Shown here piece after piece: positions 18,935 through 28,082 of a stretch of 64,000 bases of DNA. The stretch covers positions 36,641 through 100,640 of the forward strand of contig CAKSAC010000006.1 in assembly GCA_934434925.1 (NCBI GenBank), in the 5' to 3' direction. The position numbers and the translations under genes are program-made. Under the pieces are notes generated by a model. It made no database searches, was not told the origin of the DNA, and was given only the letters and a program-made list of their open reading frames with translations. Origin of the DNA: an uncultured Eubacteriales bacterium (GTDB lineage: Bacteria; Bacillota; Clostridia; Oscillospirales; CAG-272). Each line of letters begins with the position of its first letter. The first letter of the stretch is position 1.

Positions 18935-20236
18935 ATGCGAAAAATCAAAGTTATCCTGATCGGTGCCGGGGATCGCGGAACCGGCTACACCCGCCAGGCT
19001 CTTCTCATGCCGGAAAACTATGAGATCGTCGCCGTTGCAGAACCGATCAAGGCCCGCCGCGACCTGATTGCCTCTCTTGCCGGTCTGCCGGCGGATTGTT
19101 GTTTTGAAAGTTGGGAACCTCTCCTGACGCGCGAAAAATTTGCCGATGCCTGCCTGATCTGTACGATGGACCGCGAACATTTTGCGCCGACCATGGCGGC
19201 CATCGGGCGCGGCTATGATATTATGCTGGAAAAGCCGATCGCCCCGACCCCCGAAGAATGCGTCGCCATCACCCGGGCCGCAGAAGAAAAGGGCGTGCAG
19301 GTGCTGATCTGCCATGTCCTGCGTTTCACGCCTTTTTACGGCCGCCTCAAACAACTGATTCTGTCCGGGGTCCTCGGAGATGTGCAGGCCATCACCCAAC
19401 GGGAAAACGTCGGTCTTATTCACCAGTCTCACAGTTTTGTGCGCGGAAACTGGGGGAACGAAAGCCGCTCTTCCCCTATGTTGCTGCAAAAATCCTGCCA
19501 TGATATTGATATTATCCAATGGCTGATGGACAAGAAGATCAAAGCGGTGCAGTCCTTCGGCTCCCTGGAATACTTCACAGCGGCCCACGCTCCTGCCGGC
19601 GCGCCCGAGCGTTGTCTTTCCGGTTGCCCCGTGGCCGACAGCTGTCCCTTCAACGCAAAAACCCTCTATTTTGACCACAAAAACGACCTTTGGTTCCGCC
19701 GTGCCTGCACCAAGGGAATTGCGCACAACGCGGAGAATCCGAGCGACGAAGACGTGTTGCAGGCTCTTCAGACGACCAACTACGGCCGTTGCGTCTTCCG
19801 TTGTGATAATGATGTGGTGGATCGCCAGGTGGTGAATCTGGAATTTGATGACAACGCCGTCTGTTCCTTCACCATGACCGCCTTTACCGGCGGCCGCGGC
19901 GGCCGTGAAATCCGCATCCACGGCACCAAGGGCTCGCTGAGCGCTTCGATGTCCGATACCGAAATCGCTTTCACCGATTTTGCCACCGATGAAACGACCA
20001 TGATTCCCGTCAGCGGCGGCACCGGTGACAACACCATCGTCGGCGGTCACGGCGGCGGAGATCAGGGGATTATGCATACCTTCTGCCGTCTCGTGGACCG
20101 AACCTGCAACGATGTCAGCGTCGCGCCGATCCGCGTATCCTGTGAAAACCACATGGCGGTCTTTGCCGCCGAGGAATCCCGCAAGACCAACCGCGTGGTC
20201 GATGTCCGCGAATACGCCGCCCGCTACGGGCTGTGA
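18935..20236 (+). CDS. Gfo/Idh/MocA family oxidoreductase
   Basis: ORF 18521-20236. Start at ATG 18935 (AAGGAG upstream). Rossmann N-terminus MRKIKVILIGAGDRG followed by EKP. Confidence 0.85.
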   Translation: MRKIKVILIGAGDRGTGYTRQALLMPENYEIVAVAEPIKARRDLIASLAGLPADCCFESWEPLLTREKFADACLICTMDREHFAPTMAAIGRGYDIMLEKPIAPTPEECVAITRAAEEKGVQVLICHVLRFTPFYGRLKQLILSGVLGDVQAITQRENVGLIHQSHSFVRGNWGNESRSSPMLLQKSCHDIDIIQWLMDKKIKAVQSFGSLEYFTAAHAPAGAPERCLSGCPVADSCPFNAKTLYFDHKNDLWFRRACTKGIAHNAENPSDEDVLQALQTTNYGRCVFRCDNDVVDRQVVNLEFDDNAVCSFTMTAFTGGRGGREIRIHGTKGSLSASMSDTEIAFTDFATDETTMIPVSGGTGDNTIVGGHGGGDQGIMHTFCRLVDRTCNDVSVAPIRVSCENHMAVFAAEESRKTNRVVDVREYAARYGL

Positions 20237-20336
20237 ACCCGCTCTTTCGCAGGTTCCGTTCCGGGAAAAATTCCCGCGGCCGGGGCCGCAGGACGCACCC
20301 GCATTTGCGCCCGGCGGACTTTGCCGCAATCAAAAA

Positions 20337-20366
20337 ACAGAGGTTTTCCGCGCCTCTGTTTTCTTT
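20337..20366 (+). terminator. rho-independent terminator (A-tract upstream, possibly bidirectional)
   Basis: ACAGAGG-ttttccgcg-CCTCTGT followed by TTTCTTT. Confidence 0.5.
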
Positions 20367-20618
20367 ATGCCCTTTTTCTTGATAAATCTCTCGGATTTTT
20401 GGATAAAACCGCGTCGAAAAACGCGCTGTTTGAAAGCCGCAAAGCCCCGTCTTTCTCATAAAAAGCGCCGGGGGCAAGCCGCGCCCCAGAAGCAAACCAC
20501 CCAAAAACAAAGCGAAAAGGGCCGCCCCGGGGGTTGCGATGGGTCGCCGCGCGTCAAAGGGTATCGGCGCGGGTTTTGGTTCTTTCGTGCGCGGGTTTTA
20601 TAATAGTCTGCCTGTTCG

Positions 20619-23405
20619 TCAGGCGCGCATGGTCTTATCGTTCGCGTTAAAGGCCAGGTTCGCGTTGGAAGCGGCCTGCATGAGCGGCTGCCGCATTCTT
20701 TCCATATCGGCTTCGGTCAAGGTACAGCGCGGCGCAAAATCCGGGCTTTGCGCATATTCAATCAAGCGGTTGCGGAGCCATGCGGCGGCCGGATCCCATT
20801 CGCGGAAAGACAGCGTGCAGACCAGCAAGCGTCCTGCTCCCACCCGGTATTCATAGAGCGCCGCCTGTCGATAGGCGTACTTATAGTTTGCGGCCACCTC
20901 CACAATCGGGTCAAACGGCACGCCCGCCGGGAAAACCGTAGCGCTTCCGCCTTCCAGCAGGTATCGGAACTGCCACCCGCAAAAGCCTGCATGCGGAAGC
21001 CCTTCCAGCGCCGGATGATCGGCAATCACCGTGGCAAGATTCCCGTCGGTACGTCCGGCCAGCGCAATCTGAAAGCTCGTTTTTTGCGCGGTAAAGGGGG
21101 CGGAACCGAGGAGCAGAACATCGCTCCCTGCCCGGAGTGCGGCCGTCAGTTCCTCGGGGCCGATCTCCGTGGCCACCAGCAGATTTTCGTTCTTGCAGGG
21201 TTCGGACACAGCCGGGAAGGCGTAAATCTCCCATTCGTTTTCCGCAAAGAGCGCGCCGCCTTCCAGCGTGATTGACAGCCGGTAAGCGCACGGCGTCTGC
21301 GTGGCGGGCAGGCATAAAGGCGGGGTCGGCAAATCGGTAATCTCCCCGGCCGGCAAGGCTCCTGTGCGCAGTGTGCGCGAAAATACCGTCCGCTCCCCCT
21401 CAAACAGGCGCACGGTCAGGGTAGCGTCCGACAGCGGCTTGCCGTAATGCGAGACAGACACCCGATAAGGAATCTCTTCTCCCGCCGTGAAGGAAAACCG
21501 CGTGCCAAGCCCCGCGAGCAGAACCGTCTCCCCGTTATAACGCCGCACGTTTTCGGGGGTTTCGCCCGGTTTCATCTCATAGAACTCGTTCATCATCCCC
21601 ACATGATACCCGAATGTGTGCCAGTGGGTGTCAATATCGCCGAGAAAGTCATATCCCGACAGCGCGCGGGTGGCCCGGGCCGTTTCAAAGCAGTGTTTCC
21701 GGATCCGGCGCTGCCACTCGCAGGAATTCCGGTAAAAGAGCGGAGCGCGGGCGAGAAGCCCCTGCGCCGCCAAATGCTCCTCCACCGAAGAAAGGAACGC
21801 CGTTTCCCCGATACGGGTTCCGCGATAGCGCGGCAAAAGGCTGAGATCGCAATAGGTCCCGCTTATGCATATCTCATGCGAAAGACAGGGCACCCCGCCG
21901 TACGCCTTTCGGTTTTCATCCAGTTTTTCGGGCGTGCCGTTCAGAGAGGTATAACTGAGAAGACCGAGATTGTAGCTGTTGAAAAGATCGCAGAACCCGG
22001 CCAGTTTTTTCATGCGGGCGGGATTGTGCCAGAACGGTTTTTCCACCATGTCGGTTCCGCTGTTTTCCGGCGTACACATGTATTCCACGCCCCGCATGGC
22101 GCTCATCGGAGAGAAGCATGCGTCGCTCTCCTGGTGTACGACGGCAGCCAGCCCTTCCAAAAACGCCACCCGGTCATCGTCAAGCATCAGTTCGTTCCCG
22201 GCGCAGAAAATGACCACCGAAGGATGGCGGCGGCAGGTCGTGACGATCTGTTTCCAGAAAGAGGCCGGCGCATTGTTCGGGCATTCGATCTGCACAAGAA
22301 TCCCGAGCGTATCGGCGGCATCCAGATACGCCTCGTCCGGCACCCAGGTATGAAAGCGGATAAAGTTGAATCCCAGCGACTTATACAGCCGGACATTGCG
22401 GCGATAATAAGCAGGGTCGTCGGTCGGGTGTACCGTCACGGGGAAATAGCAATGCTCGGTGACCCCGCGTAAAAAGATCGGTTCCCCGTTCAGAAATATC
22501 CGCCCGTCGCCCTCGGGGTTCTGCGCCGCAGTAAGACGGCGAAGGCCGAAAGAACGCCGCAATTCCTGCCCGGACGAGCGAATGACGAGCGTATGCAAAA
22601 CCGGATTTTCCGGGCTCCATCGCCCGGCCCCCGGAAGCGGAACCGAAATCTCGCCTGTCGCTTCCCCGGCCGCCAGGGGAACCCCGCTCTTCTCCGGACC
22701 CCCTCGCCCGGCGCAGATTTCATAGCGGTACGGCAGGGAGCCTCCGCCCGTAAAAACCGGGCGGATTGTGATCCCGTCCGCGTCCGGGGAGGAAATCACG
22801 CAGACATCGCGAAGCTCTCCCGCATAAAAGCGAATCTCGACGTCGCCAGTCACGCCGCCGGTTCCTTCGTTCGCGGCGCGGTTGGTCAGTCCGGAAACCA
22901 GCCCCCCGGCATATCCCTTCAGCGGAAGATTGGAAACGACCATCGTCACGCGGTTTTCGCCCGCCGTCAGAACCCCCTCCGGGATCGGGAACGAAAAGGG
23001 AACGCCATACCCCTCCTGCCGGCCGACGGGCTTTCCGTTGATAAAGACCTCCGCCGCGTTCTGCACCCCGCCGCAGAAGAATTCCGCCTGCCCTCCGATC
23101 TCTCTCAGTTCCACCGTGCGCTGATAGGTGAAGGCTCCGCGCACCGTGGGCAACGCCATGTCCGGCGGCCGTCCTGCCATCGGATAGCGTTGCATTCCGT
23201 ATTCGGGATTCAGTTGCAATCCGGCAAAAAAGGGGGCAAAGCGGAACTCATCCCCCCTCTCTTCCCAATACCCGGGAACCGCCTCCCGGAGAAGAAATTC
23301 CGGAGAGGCAGGCTCGGTTTTTGGCAGATCCCCCGCCGGGCGGTAATCGACCCGCCACGCCCCCGAAAGGCTGACGGCGCGAAAGAGCAGATTTCCTTCT
23401 TTCAT
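20619..23405 (-). CDS. glycoside hydrolase family 2-like protein (jelly-roll sugar-binding + Ig-like + TIM barrel)
   Basis: ORF track, 928 aa. GH2-like N-terminal block FFCGGVQNAAEVFINGKPVG...GENRVTMVVSN. TIM-barrel block GFNFIRFHTW ... CAGNE. Confidence 0.65.
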   Translation of the reverse strand: MKEGNLLFRAVSLSGAWRVDYRPAGDLPKTEPASPEFLLREAVPGYWEERGDEFRFAPFFAGLQLNPEYGMQRYPMAGRPPDMALPTVRGAFTYQRTVELREIGGQAEFFCGGVQNAAEVFINGKPVGRQEGYGVPFSFPIPEGVLTAGENRVTMVVSNLPLKGYAGGLVSGLTNRAANEGTGGVTGDVEIRFYAGELRDVCVISSPDADGITIRPVFTGGGSLPYRYEICAGRGGPEKSGVPLAAGEATGEISVPLPGAGRWSPENPVLHTLVIRSSGQELRRSFGLRRLTAAQNPEGDGRIFLNGEPIFLRGVTEHCYFPVTVHPTDDPAYYRRNVRLYKSLGFNFIRFHTWVPDEAYLDAADTLGILVQIECPNNAPASFWKQIVTTCRRHPSVVIFCAGNELMLDDDRVAFLEGLAAVVHQESDACFSPMSAMRGVEYMCTPENSGTDMVEKPFWHNPARMKKLAGFCDLFNSYNLGLLSYTSLNGTPEKLDENRKAYGGVPCLSHEICISGTYCDLSLLPRYRGTRIGETAFLSSVEEHLAAQGLLARAPLFYRNSCEWQRRIRKHCFETARATRALSGYDFLGDIDTHWHTFGYHVGMMNEFYEMKPGETPENVRRYNGETVLLAGLGTRFSFTAGEEIPYRVSVSHYGKPLSDATLTVRLFEGERTVFSRTLRTGALPAGEITDLPTPPLCLPATQTPCAYRLSITLEGGALFAENEWEIYAFPAVSEPCKNENLLVATEIGPEELTAALRAGSDVLLLGSAPFTAQKTSFQIALAGRTDGNLATVIADHPALEGLPHAGFCGWQFRYLLEGGSATVFPAGVPFDPIVEVAANYKYAYRQAALYEYRVGAGRLLVCTLSFREWDPAAAWLRNRLIEYAQSPDFAPRCTLTEADMERMRQPLMQAASNANLAFNANDKTMRA

Positions 23406-23530
23406 ATTTCCTCCTGATGCCCGCGCTTTGCAAAAGACCGGGCAAAACGTCTTTGCCGGCGGGCGGCTTTTTCATTATTACCATACCACGAAAAGGCAAA
23501 AAAAGCAAGCTCTCCCGCGATTTTTCCGGG

Positions 23531-23567
23531 AAAAAGAGAAAGACCGTAAAGTTTTCTTTACAGTCTT
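23531..23567 (-). terminator. rho-independent terminator
   Basis: On the minus strand: AAGACUGUAAAG-aaaa-CUUUACGGUCUU followed by a U-rich run, 14 nt after the stop at 23581. Confidence 0.7.
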
Positions 23568-23580
23568 TCGGATATGACGT

Positions 23581-24414
23581 TCAAAGCGTCTTTTCGATTT
23601 CGCGGAGAAGGTCGCGTCCGGCGACGATATCTTTTCTTTGCTGTTCTCCCGAGATTTCGCGCTCGATGATCCAAGGCCCCTGATACCCGATCTCTTCCAG
23701 TCTTTTCAGGACCTCCGGAATATTGGCGCGGCCGGTTCCCAACGGAACTTCTTTCCCGAGTTCCATGCCGCTTGTCGGCAGGTTGCCGTCTTTAAGGTGC
23801 AGATTGCGGACGTATTTCCCGAAAACCTCGATCGCGTCCACGGAATTCCCGCGCCCGTAGAGGATCAGATTGGCGGTGTCGAAGTTGATTCCGACATTCG
23901 GCATGCCGATCATTTCAATGGTGCGGAGCATGGTCATCGGCGTCTCCTGCCCGGTCTCAAACAGGAAGGTTTGATTACGGGGAGCCATATGCCGGCAGAG
24001 GTTGCGCAGAGCCGCCACGGTTCCGATGTAATCGGGGTGATCCGGCGTTTCGGGCAAAAATCCGACGTGCGTGACCACATTTTCCACCCCGATCCGGTAG
24101 GCAAAGTCCGCGCCCGCCTTGACCTCGGCGAGGCGATGTTCCCGATAGGCCGCCGGCACAAGGCCGAGGGTCTGCGGTCCGAACTGAACGTTCCATTCCC
24201 CGGCCGGGGTCCAGCCCGCCCAGAGCGCCGTCACTTCCACGCCGGTTTCGTCCATCGCTTCCCGAATCCTCTTTGCGGCCTCTTCGGTATAGAATTCCGG
24301 ATGCCAGCAACTGATCTGACAGCAGTCCAGGTCGATCTCCAGAAGATCGCGAAATCTTTTTTTGAAATCCATGTCGTATTCCGACCATACAATCAAAACT
24401 CCGATATGATGCAT
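23581..24414 (-). CDS. sugar phosphate isomerase/epimerase (xylose isomerase-like TIM barrel)
   Basis: ORF track, 277 aa. AGGAG lies 9 nt upstream of the ATG. Sequence pattern typical of the AP-endonuclease-2/xylose-isomerase-like fold (HVGF...ETG...NFDTAN...HLKD). Confidence 0.75.
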   Translation of the reverse strand: MHHIGVLIVWSEYDMDFKKRFRDLLEIDLDCCQISCWHPEFYTEEAAKRIREAMDETGVEVTALWAGWTPAGEWNVQFGPQTLGLVPAAYREHRLAEVKAGADFAYRIGVENVVTHVGFLPETPDHPDYIGTVAALRNLCRHMAPRNQTFLFETGQETPMTMLRTIEMIGMPNVGINFDTANLILYGRGNSVDAIEVFGKYVRNLHLKDGNLPTSGMELGKEVPLGTGRANIPEVLKRLEEIGYQGPWIIEREISGEQQRKDIVAGRDLLREIEKTL

Positions 24415-24443
24415 ATGCTTTTCTCCTTATCCTGACCGGTGGG

Positions 24444-25460
24444 TCAGCCTTCAAATTTCACAATCCGTCCGTTTTCGTCCGCACTCTTCATCAGCGTATG
24501 GATGAGGCGGATCGACCTAGAGGCACTTTCGGGCGGGTTCAGTTCGTTTTTTTTGCCGTTTTCGATCAGATCGACAAAGTAGCGGATTTCCGCCGGGATC
24601 CCCTGAATCTTCTCCATGTCTTCGGGCGTGTAGGGATCCCCGCTCCCGTCGGACGGATAGACCTTCAGCCGATTGTCATGATAGATCAGGCAGGCCTTGT
24701 CAAAGACCGCGCGGAACCCGGCCTGAAAGGGAACGCCGGTCAACTGTTCATTGGCGATAACGGTGACCGGAATTCCGCTCTCATAATAAAGTTCGGTCTG
24801 GCAGGCATCGTACCGCGTGTTCTTGGAATCGGCCCGGCAGGAAACCGCTGTCGGTTCGCCGAGCAGATAACGGACAAAGTCGATATCGTGAATATGCAGG
24901 TCGGTGATCGGCCCGCCGGAGCGCTCATAGTCCATATACCAGTTTTCAAACCCCCAGACGGCGGGAGTCGAGAGCCGTTCCATATACAGATTGCGGAGCT
25001 TGCCGAACCGCCCGTCTTCGGTCACTTTTTTAAGGTAAGCGTACTCTCCCCAGAAACGGAGGCATTGTCCGATCATCAGACGGCGGCCGCTCTTTTCGGC
25101 GGCGGCAATCATTTCCCGGCACTTCTCTTCGGAAGTGGACATCGGCTTTTCGCAAAGAACGTCATAGCCGCTTTCCAGCATTTCAATCGTATAGGAAGGA
25201 TGGAGATGGGTCGGCAGACAGATATCCACCAGCGTAATCTCTTCTTTCTCCAGCATTTCCCGGTAATCGGTATAGTACCGGAAAACCCCGTCAACATTTT
25301 CTGTTTCGATATTGATTTTCTGCACGGCGGTGAATTTTTCCGGATTGATGTCACATACCGCGATGAGTTTTACGGGAATTCCCTGTTTTTCCAGCGCCAG
25401 ATACGCATTCTTGTGGCTTTGGGCGATTCCGCCGAAGCCGATGATAGCGACGCGAACCAT
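24444..25460 (-). CDS. Gfo/Idh/MocA family oxidoreductase
   Basis: ORF 24444-25568. Start at Met37 (ATG 25460, AAGGAGA upstream), giving MVRVAIIGFGGIAQSH; LCEKP present. Confidence 0.85.
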   Translation of the reverse strand: MVRVAIIGFGGIAQSHKNAYLALEKQGIPVKLIAVCDINPEKFTAVQKINIETENVDGVFRYYTDYREMLEKEEITLVDICLPTHLHPSYTIEMLESGYDVLCEKPMSTSEEKCREMIAAAEKSGRRLMIGQCLRFWGEYAYLKKVTEDGRFGKLRNLYMERLSTPAVWGFENWYMDYERSGGPITDLHIHDIDFVRYLLGEPTAVSCRADSKNTRYDACQTELYYESGIPVTVIANEQLTGVPFQAGFRAVFDKACLIYHDNRLKVYPSDGSGDPYTPEDMEKIQGIPAEIRYFVDLIENGKKNELNPPESASRSIRLIHTLMKSADENGRIVKFEG

Positions 25461-25485
25461 ATGCGTTTCTCCTTTTTGCGAAAGA

Positions 25486-25514
25486 TTGACTTTTTCCCCT
25501 TCGCCTGTTATAAT
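25486..25514 (+). promoter_or_regulatory. sigma-70-type promoter of the AraC-family gene (TTGACT-17-TATAAT)
   Basis: TTGACT at 25486-25491, a 17-nt spacer, TATAAT at 25509-25514. Confidence 0.6.
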
Positions 25515-25614
25515 GATAGCACAGCAAAAAAGAGAAGTAAAGTACAAAAAAGCCACAAAACTTTTCATTTTGGCTCATTGTTTCTGCTTTTCGGAGAACG
25601 ATAGGAGAAAGACT

Positions 25615-26502
25615 ATGCATTGGAAACCGGCCATCACGCCCCACGCCGTGGTAGTCAGCTCTTTTTACACGGCCTTTTCCGCGCCGTTTCATGCGTTCGG
25701 AGAGGACGAAGGGGAAACCCATGATTTTTGGGAAATGCTCTGCGTTCTGGAAGGGGAAGTCAGCGCCACCGCGGGAAGAACGATGCGCATCCTGCATGCC
25801 GGAGAGATGATCCTGCACCAACCGATGGAATTTCATCGTCACCACTCGCTCTGCCCCGGCACACGTATCCTGATTTTTTCCTTCGGCGCGGACAGAATGC
25901 CCCCGCTCCGACATTTCGTTTTTTCGTTGCGGCAGGAAGATATTTCGACCTTTCGGCGGCTCTTGTCGGAAATGGAAGAGGCGAACGGTACCTATGCCTT
26001 CGGGGTCTGCCATCCCGACCTCTGCCGGTTGATTCCCCCGCTCCGTCTGCAATGCCTTCTCTCGGATTTTGAAGGTACGCTGGCGCGCATCTTTTTGCGC
26101 GAACAAAGCGCCTCCGTCGGCCTGCTCCCCGCAGAAGAATACGAGGCCGCGCTCTTCCGCGACACGGTGGCCTATCTTTATGATACCATGGCCGAGCCGC
26201 TGACCGCCCCGGAGATCGCGCGGAAAATGGGCACGAGCCTTTCTTCGCTCAAACGCCTTTTTGCCCGCTACTCCGGGCTTGGGGTCATGTCCTATCTGCG
26301 CCATCTGCGCCTTTCCCGGGCGGCGGGCATGCTGGCCGACGGGTACAGCGTGAAAGAAGCGGCGGCCGCCGCCGGCTTTTCTTCTCTTCCGACCTTTTGT
26401 ACAGCCTTCCGCCGGATGAACGGCGTGTCTCCTTCCTCTTATAAAAAGCGTACCCGCCGCCTGCCGGCCCGTGACGCTTTCCCGCCGCTTGCCGACCCGT
26501 GA
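25615..26502 (+). CDS. AraC family transcriptional regulator (cupin + HTH)
   Basis: ORF 25312-26502. Start at ATG 25615 (AGGAGA upstream). C-terminal AraC HTH: IARKMGTSLSSLKRLF...YLRHLRLSRAAGML...AAAAGFSSLPTFCTAFRR. Confidence 0.9.
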   Translation: MHWKPAITPHAVVVSSFYTAFSAPFHAFGEDEGETHDFWEMLCVLEGEVSATAGRTMRILHAGEMILHQPMEFHRHHSLCPGTRILIFSFGADRMPPLRHFVFSLRQEDISTFRRLLSEMEEANGTYAFGVCHPDLCRLIPPLRLQCLLSDFEGTLARIFLREQSASVGLLPAEEYEAALFRDTVAYLYDTMAEPLTAPEIARKMGTSLSSLKRLFARYSGLGVMSYLRHLRLSRAAGMLADGYSVKEAAAAAGFSSLPTFCTAFRRMNGVSPSSYKKRTRRLPARDAFPPLADP

Positions 26503-26552
26503 CGCTTTCCCGCCGGTTGCCGGCCCGTGACGCTTTCCCGCCGCTTGCGTGG
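26469..26552 (+). repeat. 28-bp tandem repeat x3 spanning the AraC stop codon
   Basis: ccgtgacgctttcccgccg.ttgc.g.. occurs at 26469, 26497 and 26525. The stop TGA (26500-26502) lies in copy 2. Confidence 0.9.
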
Positions 26553-26705
26553 GCCTTTCGCTTTTTTTCTCGCATTTCTCCCTTTTTCCGCCCCGCGTCG
26601 TTCATATGAAATTCACAAATATGTGCTATGCTGTTTCTGTATTGGAGTTTTTTCCCTCTGCCATCCGTTCCGCACAAACAGGCGGAACGAGAGAAAGGAG
26701 TTTTC

Positions 26706-27191
26706 ATGTCTTCTTCGTCCAAAAAACCCGGGAACCGCCCCAAAAGGTCCGGGAGCCGTCCTTCCCCCTTCGTTCGCTTTCTTCGTACGCGTAAACGGAT
26801 CTGGATTCCCTCGCTTGCGGCGCTGGGCCTTCTTGTCGCCCTGCTTATCGTTTTTTTGTCTCCGTCTCCGCTGGACGCCGCCAAAACCCGTCTTTTGCGC
26901 GCGGACTATGAAATCATCATGCAGATAAACTCTTCGGATGTCACCGGGAGCGATTCCACACAGAAAGAAGACCTCTGTTCCCGACGGCTCGTGATGCGCC
27001 ACCGGGAATACGCGCTCCGCACGGTCGAGGTTCTGGAATTCCGCACCGTGAACGATGCGAAAGACTATTATGACTTGTTGCTGTCCGGGAAATATACAAA
27101 AAAGATTTCCGCCTCGGCGGGAACCGACGGATACCGGAACGGGCGGACCGTCGTATACGGGCATGTTCTGGCCGTCAAAGCCACCCGCTGA
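26706..27191 (+). CDS. hypothetical single-pass membrane protein
   Basis: ORF 26628-27191. Start at Met27 (ATG 26706, AAGGAG upstream). Basic N-terminus, TM span IWIPSLAALGLLVALLIVFL, and a domain of about 100 aa after it. Confidence 0.6.
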   Translation: MSSSSKKPGNRPKRSGSRPSPFVRFLRTRKRIWIPSLAALGLLVALLIVFLSPSPLDAAKTRLLRADYEIIMQINSSDVTGSDSTQKEDLCSRRLVMRHREYALRTVEVLEFRTVNDAKDYYDLLLSGKYTKKISASAGTDGYRNGRTVVYGHVLAVKATR

Positions 27192-27236
27192 AAAGCCACC
27201 CGCTGAAAAGCCATCCCGCAAAAAAGCCACCCCGCG
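27177..27236 (+). repeat. 15-bp tandem repeat (2 perfect + 2 degenerate units) starting with the last 4 codons plus stop of the upstream gene
   Basis: aaagccacccgctga at 27177 and 27192, then aaagccatcccgcaaa and aaagccaccccgcg. Confidence 0.85.
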
Positions 27237-27315
27237 CTTCCTCTTTCCACGGGGAATGCGTTCTCTTCCTTCCGCGTAAAGTTTTCTATACATTTCAAAC
27301 AGAAAGGAGGGCGCT

Positions 27316-27885
27316 ATGGAGGACCTCTCCAAAATCACCGCCAAAAATATCGTTGCCCTGCGCACCGCCATGAAAATGACGCAACTGGAACTTGGCGAAA
27401 AACTTCGTTATTCCGACAAGGCCATTTCCAAATGGGAACGGGGAGAAGCCATTCCCGACGCTTATGTGCTGAAAGAAATGAGCGACCTTTTCGGTGTGAG
27501 CGTGGATTATCTGCTCACGCCGCATGAAGAGCGTCGCCCGCTCCGCAATTCCATCCGGCGGAACAACCGTCTCGTCATTTCGCTGATTGCTTTCTTCGGC
27601 GTTTGGGCGGCGGCCAGCCTTGCCTTTACCATTCTACTCGGTCTGGAGGTCTGCGAGTGGCGTATCTTCGTCTTTGCGTTCCCGGTCTCTCTCGTTGTCC
27701 TTCTCGTTTTCAACTCTCTTTGGGGAACGCGTATGCGGAACTATTTCCTGATTGCGGCGCTGGTCGCGTCTGTTTTCGTTTCGATCTATTTCGCATTGCT
27801 CCCACTCAGGTTCTGGCCGCTTTTTGTGCTGATTGCCCCGGCGGAACTGATTGTTTTTCTGGCATTCCGCTTAAAAAGCAAATAA
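27316..27885 (+). CDS. XRE-family HTH regulator fused to a multi-pass membrane domain
   Basis: HTH_3-type N-terminus: LRTAMKMTQLELGEKLRYSDKAISKWERGEAIPD. Three or four C-terminal hydrophobic spans. AAGGAGG RBS. Confidence 0.85.
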   Translation: MEDLSKITAKNIVALRTAMKMTQLELGEKLRYSDKAISKWERGEAIPDAYVLKEMSDLFGVSVDYLLTPHEERRPLRNSIRRNNRLVISLIAFFGVWAAASLAFTILLGLEVCEWRIFVFAFPVSLVVLLVFNSLWGTRMRNYFLIAALVASVFVSIYFALLPLRFWPLFVLIAPAELIVFLAFRLKSK

Positions 27886-27993
27886 CCTTCCCGCGGGTTC
27901 CGCACTCTCTGCCCTGTTCCTCTTTTTTCGGTCGGGTTTCCCCGGCCGCTTTTCTTTTCCCGGAAAATGGTTTTGCAGATTGTGCAATAGGGC

Positions 27994-28022
27994 TTGCATT
28001 TTTTTTGCAACCTTTGTATAAT
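27994..28022 (+). promoter_or_regulatory. sigma-70-type promoter (TTGCAT-17-TATAAT)
   Basis: TTGCAT at 27994-27999, a 17-nt spacer, TATAAT at 28017-28022, about 60 nt before ATG 28083. Confidence 0.6.
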
Positions 28023-28082
28023 CAAGGTGAGATCTCCGGTTTTGGGGATATTCATGACATATCGGACTAAGGAGGTACCGAC

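Noticed and set aside
26469-26552. A possible CRISPR array; also considered for 10880-10958 and 16738-17057.
   Set aside because: The units are contiguous, or separated by only 11 bp, with no unique spacers of repeat-like length. No cas genes are present in the window.
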